Made by a program: the position numbers and the translations under genes. Shown piece after piece: positions 59,515-64,000 of a stretch of 64,000 nucleotides of DNA. The first letter of the stretch is position 1, and each line of letters opens with the position of its first letter. The notes under the pieces were generated by a model. It saw only the letters and a program-made list of their open reading frames with translations, was not told the DNA's origin and did not search any database. This DNA comes from Nitrosopumilaceae archaeon (lineage in GTDB: Archaea; Thermoproteota; Nitrososphaeria; Nitrososphaerales; Nitrosopumilaceae). Where the stretch lies: positions 480,001-544,000 of the forward strand of contig OZ242274.1 in the NCBI GenBank assembly GCA_965207375.1, in the 5' to 3' direction.

Positions 59515-60066
59515 ATGTCCGAATCACAGGAAATTACAATTAACTCACTGTATGGTATAATTCAAAGAGAAATTCAAAACGATGCCATTCAGGAAATTGA
59601 CCACCGCCTGTATGGAAACATTGCAGAGTTTCTTGGCAAATTAAAAAAACAAGAGTTTGACAACATTGAAAACAAAATAAAAAATTCACTCGTTGAGATG
59701 GCCACCGAGCTTGTAACTCTGCTAGTCAGCATCAGGCTGGAAAAAAACTCGAAAAATCCTGATTTTACCAATTTATTAGATGAGGAAAAATACATACTAG
59801 ATTCACAGGAGGAACGCCACGAAAGGGCCGAGGTGATATTGTCTGCCATACTAAATGGAAAATCACAACTCCTAGATTCCATTTCTGAATCACATAAAAC
59901 CAAGTCTGTACCGGTACGATTTCTCAAAGATACCGAAGAGTTTGTCGGCGTAGATCTTGAAAAATACGGCCCCTTTAAGACAGAAGATCTTGCCACGATA
60001 CCATATGATAACGCACAGGCACTGATTTCCAAAGAACTTGCAACCAAAATCAGATTAGAAGACTAG
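59515..60066 (+). CDS. GINS-family replication protein
   Basis: Helical domain (NLLDEEK) then B-domain VRFL....FVG.D...YGPF...D...IP..NA..L. Confidence 0.8.
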   Translation: MSESQEITINSLYGIIQREIQNDAIQEIDHRLYGNIAEFLGKLKKQEFDNIENKIKNSLVEMATELVTLLVSIRLEKNSKNPDFTNLLDEEKYILDSQEERHERAEVILSAILNGKSQLLDSISESHKTKSVPVRFLKDTEEFVGVDLEKYGPFKTEDLATIPYDNAQALISKELATKIRLED

Positions 60067-60096
60067 GTAAAAATTACTGTCCGGTACAATTTTGTC

Positions 60097-60378
60097 ATGT
60101 CACACACGGGAGTAGAGGTATTTGACTTTTTACTAATTACAATTTATCCCGTTATGGGCTTGTTTGCAGTTGAAATTACTAGTCGTGCAATAAAGGCACC
60201 AAAGTGGATAAAACTATGGGTTCAGGCTTTTGTCTTGATAGGATTTGCAATTGCATATTTTTCATTTCCAGGAGATGAAAAGTTTCCACTGACTGCAGTT
60301 GTCTTGTTGGCCTTGGCTGCAGCCCTGTTTTATCAAGGCAGACGCGCAAAGATCTCTCCGGACAAATCCCCGTACTAG
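60097..60378 (+). CDS. Small membrane protein
   Basis: 3 TM segments, 93 aa. Confidence 0.7.
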   Translation: MSHTGVEVFDFLLITIYPVMGLFAVEITSRAIKAPKWIKLWVQAFVLIGFAIAYFSFPGDEKFPLTAVVLLALAAALFYQGRRAKISPDKSPY

Positions 60379-60381
60379 TCC

Positions 60382-60606
60382 CTACCTGAATTTTCCAAAA
60401 ATACGCCTAAGAAAAGACGGCCTATCACGTCCTCCGTCTCGAATTACCTTTCGTTCTCCAAATTTTTTTGCCCTTATCTGAGTCAATTTTACACAGCGAT
60501 GTTCCTCAGGCAGTCTATGTTCTGGACAAAAATAATCTTTACAATAATTACACTGAAACGGCATGTCAGTCTCATCTCCGCAGTACGCACATTTTTCATA
60601 TTTCAT
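60382..60606 (-). CDS. AN1-type zinc-finger protein
   Basis: C..C......PFQCNYC...FC.EHRLPE.H.C; start at MKYEK. Confidence 0.88.
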   Translation of the reverse strand: MKYEKCAYCGDETDMPFQCNYCKDYFCPEHRLPEEHRCVKLTQIRAKKFGERKVIRDGGRDRPSFLRRIFGKFR

Positions 60607-60756
60607 ACTATACCATAATAATTCTGTTTTTAATAAATTAGCTACAAAAGTATGACAAGGCTGCAAATTGTAGAAATTACATAAAGCGCCCCTGTCAAAC
60701 ACAATACCTACTGCAACTTTATATTTACAGTCCATATCCTGTAATAGCGAGTTTTA

Positions 60757-61497
60757 ATGACTACAGGCAAGGTTGCAATAATTACGGGAGCAAGTAGCGG
60801 TATTGGATATGCAACAGCTCAAACTCTGGCTGCAGCAGGAATTCGTGTAGCCCTCGGAGCCAGACGAGTCGACAGGCTAGAAGAGCTTGCAAAAAAAATC
60901 TCTGCAGCCGGAGGCAACGTTTTCTACCAAAAATTAGATGTGACTCAAAGAACTCAGTGTGAAAATTTTGCCAAAGCAGTTTTAGACAAATGGGGATCAA
61001 TTGACATTCTTGTCAACAATGCGGGTCTGATGCCTTTGAGCTTTTTCAAAAATCTCAAGGTAGACGAATGGGATCAAATGATTGATGTCAATATCAAGGG
61101 AGTCCTGTATTGTACTGCTGCTGTAATATCTCATATGAAAGAAAAAAAATCCGGACACATTGTTAATCTGTCCTCTGTTGCAGGCAGAATTGTATTTCCT
61201 GCAGGCAGTGTATACTGTGCCACAAAGCACGCAATAGCCGCATTTAGTGAGGGCCTGAGACAGGAATTTAGCGTCCGCTCAAACATACGAGTTACCAGTA
61301 TTGAACCAGGAGTTGTTGCAACAGAGCTCAACGATGCCATTACTGATGAATCCCTCAAAGGATTTGTGGAGAACGCTAAAAATATGGAATCCTTGCAAGC
61401 ACAAGACATTGCAAATGCAATTCTATATGCAGTTAATTGTCCCTCCCATGTTAACGTAAATGAGATCCTGATAAGACCTACTACTCAAGAGCGTTAA
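60757..61497 (+). CDS. Short-chain dehydrogenase/reductase
   Basis: TGASSGIG, NNAG, YCATK. Confidence 0.93.
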   Translation: MTTGKVAIITGASSGIGYATAQTLAAAGIRVALGARRVDRLEELAKKISAAGGNVFYQKLDVTQRTQCENFAKAVLDKWGSIDILVNNAGLMPLSFFKNLKVDEWDQMIDVNIKGVLYCTAAVISHMKEKKSGHIVNLSSVAGRIVFPAGSVYCATKHAIAAFSEGLRQEFSVRSNIRVTSIEPGVVATELNDAITDESLKGFVENAKNMESLQAQDIANAILYAVNCPSHVNVNEILIRPTTQER

Positions 61498-61498
61498 T

Positions 61499-61699
61499 TC
61501 ATTTGCCTTTTTCTCTAGTCATGTGCTCAAGTATTGCCTTGACCTCAGTGGCCAATTCGGAGCCTTTTAAAAGATCTAATTTTTCAGGAATTCCTAGTTT
61601 AAAATTCTCATCCTCTAACTCTATGCGCCGTTTTTGCAGGCAATCAAGATGATCTTGGCCGGTACCTGATATTTTGTTACAAATTGAACATATTTTCAT
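61499..61699 (-). CDS. Small hypothetical protein with CxxC...HxxC motif
   Basis: MKICSICNK......DHLDC; 66 aa. Confidence 0.6.
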   Translation of the reverse strand: MKICSICNKISGTGQDHLDCLQKRRIELEDENFKLGIPEKLDLLKGSELATEVKAILEHMTREKGK

Positions 61700-61755
61700 A
61701 TTATTGGATATAGATACCACGATTTAATAATTTCATCTAATGTCTAAATTCTTAC

Positions 61756-61829
61756 GGGATCGTCGTCTAGCTTGGTATGATACTTGTCTGGGGGACAAGT
61801 GGTCGCAGGTTCAAATCCTGCCGGTCCCA
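61756..61829 (+). tRNA. tRNA-Pro(GGG)
   Basis: GGGATCG/CGGTCCC-A acceptor; CTTGT-CTGGGGG-ACAAG anticodon arm; GCAGG-TTCAAAT-CCTGC T-arm. Confidence 0.93.
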
Positions 61830-62107
61830 TATCTCATAATTACAGATAAATATCTAAAATCTTTGACAAATCAGTTCTAGATGCTTTGGGCACTTGCTGT
61901 CTAGCATGCATCTGGCGCAGTCTGGTATTTTGAATAGAATAATTCATGAGATGTAAAATCTACTCGGACGATAAAAATATCTTGTATGCGTGCAGCATTT
62001 AATTCATCACATTTTCAGAGATTTAGCTTTACCGATACATCGATTGCCCATGGATGAATATAGTTGCCAAACTTTTCTAATCTGGCTTGACTAATTAGAC
62101 ATACCAA

Positions 62108-62824
62108 CTAATCTTCCCACTGCCATCTATAATTCATGTATGAATCCAATTCGGTCTGATCAAAAACCATTACTGATAACGGGGAAAATTCCATTCCCTC
62201 TAGTTGTTTCACTACGCCTTCAAAATGAGTCTCCTCATCTGTTGTGATTGATTCAAAGACGTGTACCTTCAATACAGAGGTATCAATTCCACGATTTCTC
62301 AAATAAAGAGCTATTTCAGAGGGCATAAAGTGCTTGTCTGGCATTTTTGGCCAGGGTCTAGGCAATAACACCACACTGTATCTGTCAATTAGGGCCTTTA
62401 ACAATTCTAATTTTTTTTCCTCAATGGAGGATGTAACATGAAGTGTGATTACCTTGGATTTATCAAGCGGCACACTGCATCTTGCCAAAGCCTCCTGAAC
62501 TGAGCTTATACCCGGAATTATTGTCACATTACCAAAAATTTCAATTAACCTATCGACTACTTCTGATTCTGAAAAATTTACATCACCTGTAAAGGGAACA
62601 ACTAGTGTTTTATCACCTAGTCTGGATAAAACCTCCTGATACGTTTTTTCCTGATCGGTCATCGTAATTGTGTGGACCTCCTTGCCTGCCAACAGATGCT
62701 CTATGGTTTTCAATGTGTATTGATAGCCTATTACTATATCGCAATTACAAACAAGCTCTTCTGCTATTTTTGTTACATATTTTGGAGAACCCGGACCCAC
62801 TCCAACAGCGTAGACTTTGGCCAA
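62108..62824 (-). CDS. cbiE: Cobalt-precorrin-7 C5-methyltransferase (CbiE-like)
   Basis: VGVGPG, TGD, IIPGISS tetrapyrrole methylase motifs; E.IT..EE; TTG start at 62824. Confidence 0.75.
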   Translation of the reverse strand: MAKVYAVGVGPGSPKYVTKIAEELVCNCDIVIGYQYTLKTIEHLLAGKEVHTITMTDQEKTYQEVLSRLGDKTLVVPFTGDVNFSESEVVDRLIEIFGNVTIIPGISSVQEALARCSVPLDKSKVITLHVTSSIEEKKLELLKALIDRYSVVLLPRPWPKMPDKHFMPSEIALYLRNRGIDTSVLKVHVFESITTDEETHFEGVVKQLEGMEFSPLSVMVFDQTELDSYMNYRWQWED

Positions 62825-62825
62825 T

Positions 62826-63317
62826 CTATCTTGTGATACTTTGTCTATCCTTAATGTATTTAACAAACGGCTCCCAATCCACCTTCATGTATTTGGTAGG
62901 AGATTTTGCAGGATATTTGACCCAGTCCTGTACTATTGAATACTGATGCTTTTCAGATCCATCGTCTTTTTGGTACTCTATAAACAAAACACTTCCCCAC
63001 GGTTTTTCGTCATATTTTATATCTGTAATCTCATCAAATGACAAAATCACGTTTTTGCCATTTTGCATGTCTTCTTGTAATAGTTTTTCATCATAACCGT
63101 CATGAATATTCATTACATTTTTTGATCTAAGAAACATGACTGTCTGCCTTGCAACAATGGCCTGCCACCACTTCATTTTAGCATCTGTTTTATAAATAAA
63201 GGCCAGATGCTTGTTTGTCAGCACCAACATACCTTCCTTTCCATGTATTGACAAAAATTTCTTAGATTCCCTCCAGACAGAAACCACATGTGCCTGAATC
63301 CTTTCATCATAATCCAT
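62826..63317 (-). CDS. Hypothetical protein (PH-like fold suspected)
   Basis: G.LVLTNKHLAF and I..DEI..I patterns. Confidence 0.65.
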   Translation of the reverse strand: MDYDERIQAHVVSVWRESKKFLSIHGKEGMLVLTNKHLAFIYKTDAKMKWWQAIVARQTVMFLRSKNVMNIHDGYDEKLLQEDMQNGKNVILSFDEITDIKYDEKPWGSVLFIEYQKDDGSEKHQYSIVQDWVKYPAKSPTKYMKVDWEPFVKYIKDRQSITR

Positions 63318-63392
63318 ATTTGAATATCAAAATTGCTCGTTAAAAACTAATATTGTTAGAGCTTTTTATTAAAGCTAAAAATCCACCATTAT

Positions 63393-64000
63393 ATGAGAAA
63401 TCTTCTGTTTGCCATTGTTGGCCTGATTTTCTTTGCAGGTTTAGCTACTGATGCGTTTGCCCAAAACGATGAGACCATAGTCATACTGCATACTGCATCT
63501 GGAGATATTGCAATTGAATTTTTCAATTCCGATGCGCCCAATCATGTGCAAAACTTTGTCCAATTAGCAGAAGATGGATTTTATGACGGCACACTATTTC
63601 ATAGAATAATTCCCGGATTCATGATTCAGGGCGGAGATCCGCTAACCAAGCAAGGCGAATCTACCATGGACATGTGGGGCACAGGCGGTCCAGACAAGAT
63701 GATATCTCAGGAATTCAACGACATAAAACACGTGCGAGGAATTGTTTCTATGGCAAGATCCAATGATCCAGACAGCGCAGGCTCTCAATTTTTTATTGTA
63801 CATGCTGATTCTACACATTTAGATGGTCAATATACTGCATTTGGCAGAATTATTACACAAGAAAGTTTTGAAACGCTAGACAAACTAGCAGCACTTGAAA
63901 CTTTGGGTACAGTTCCGTCAGATTGGTCACAGACCAAAATTTTATCTACCACTATTATGGAAAAATCCCAGCTTCCCGACACACTTGATTTAGAATCCCC
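63393..64000 (+). CDS. Secreted cyclophilin-type PPIase (partial, runs off the window end)
   Basis: MRNLLFAIVG signal peptide; FHRIIPGFMIQGGDP, SMARS, SAGSQFFI. Confidence 0.92.
   Translation, partial: MRNLLFAIVGLIFFAGLATDAFAQNDETIVILHTASGDIAIEFFNSDAPNHVQNFVQLAEDGFYDGTLFHRIIPGFMIQGGDPLTKQGESTMDMWGTGGPDKMISQEFNDIKHVRGIVSMARSNDPDSAGSQFFIVHADSTHLDGQYTAFGRIITQESFETLDKLAALETLGTVPSDWSQTKILSTTIMEKSQLPDTLDLES

Noticed and set aside
61830-62107. Possible integrated-element remnant after tRNA-Pro
   Set aside because: Only stop-interrupted frames, no recognisable motif, no att repeat.
580-62946. Numerous 60-180 aa ORFs antisense or out of frame to recognised genes (e.g. 5507-6043, 10525-11070, 56680-57153, 59589-60047)
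   Set aside because: They overlap well-supported genes and carry no motifs; shadow ORFs.
63580-63640. Near-identical DNA shared with about 32408-32469
   Set aside because: Conserved active-site coding sequence of two cyclophilin paralogues, not a mobile repeat.

Overview
Mostly core chromosome of an ammonia-oxidising archaeon (Nitrososphaerota/Thaumarchaeota, Nitrosopumilaceae-like). The assignment rests on PolD DP1/DP2, Orc1/Cdc6, G1P dehydrogenase, GGGP synthase, the archaeal PoK/PPS CoA pathway and PEFG-CTERM-type proteins. The window spans the probable replication origin (ORB repeats upstream of cdc6, about 47,977-48,430), a CoA operon, RNA-processing genes and three tRNAs: Val-GAC, Arg-CCT with a D-loop intron, and Pro-GGG. 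Small AT-rich accessory patches (about 2.8-6.3 kb, 29.0-30.1 kb, 39.2-40.2 kb, 43.9-44.6 kb) hold the most interesting signals. These are a DUF3800-like gene followed directly by a nested RNA hairpin, two families of ~80-100 bp inverted-repeat elements each present twice (one with a compensatory base change, one with a perfect 8-bp target duplication), a GC-rich multi-stem candidate ncRNA, a secreted S1 protease, a decayed integrase plus hicBA at tRNA-Arg, and IS630 debris. Two Cys-rich microproteins missed by the ORF track were also read. All family calls come from motif recognition by eye; no database searches were run.
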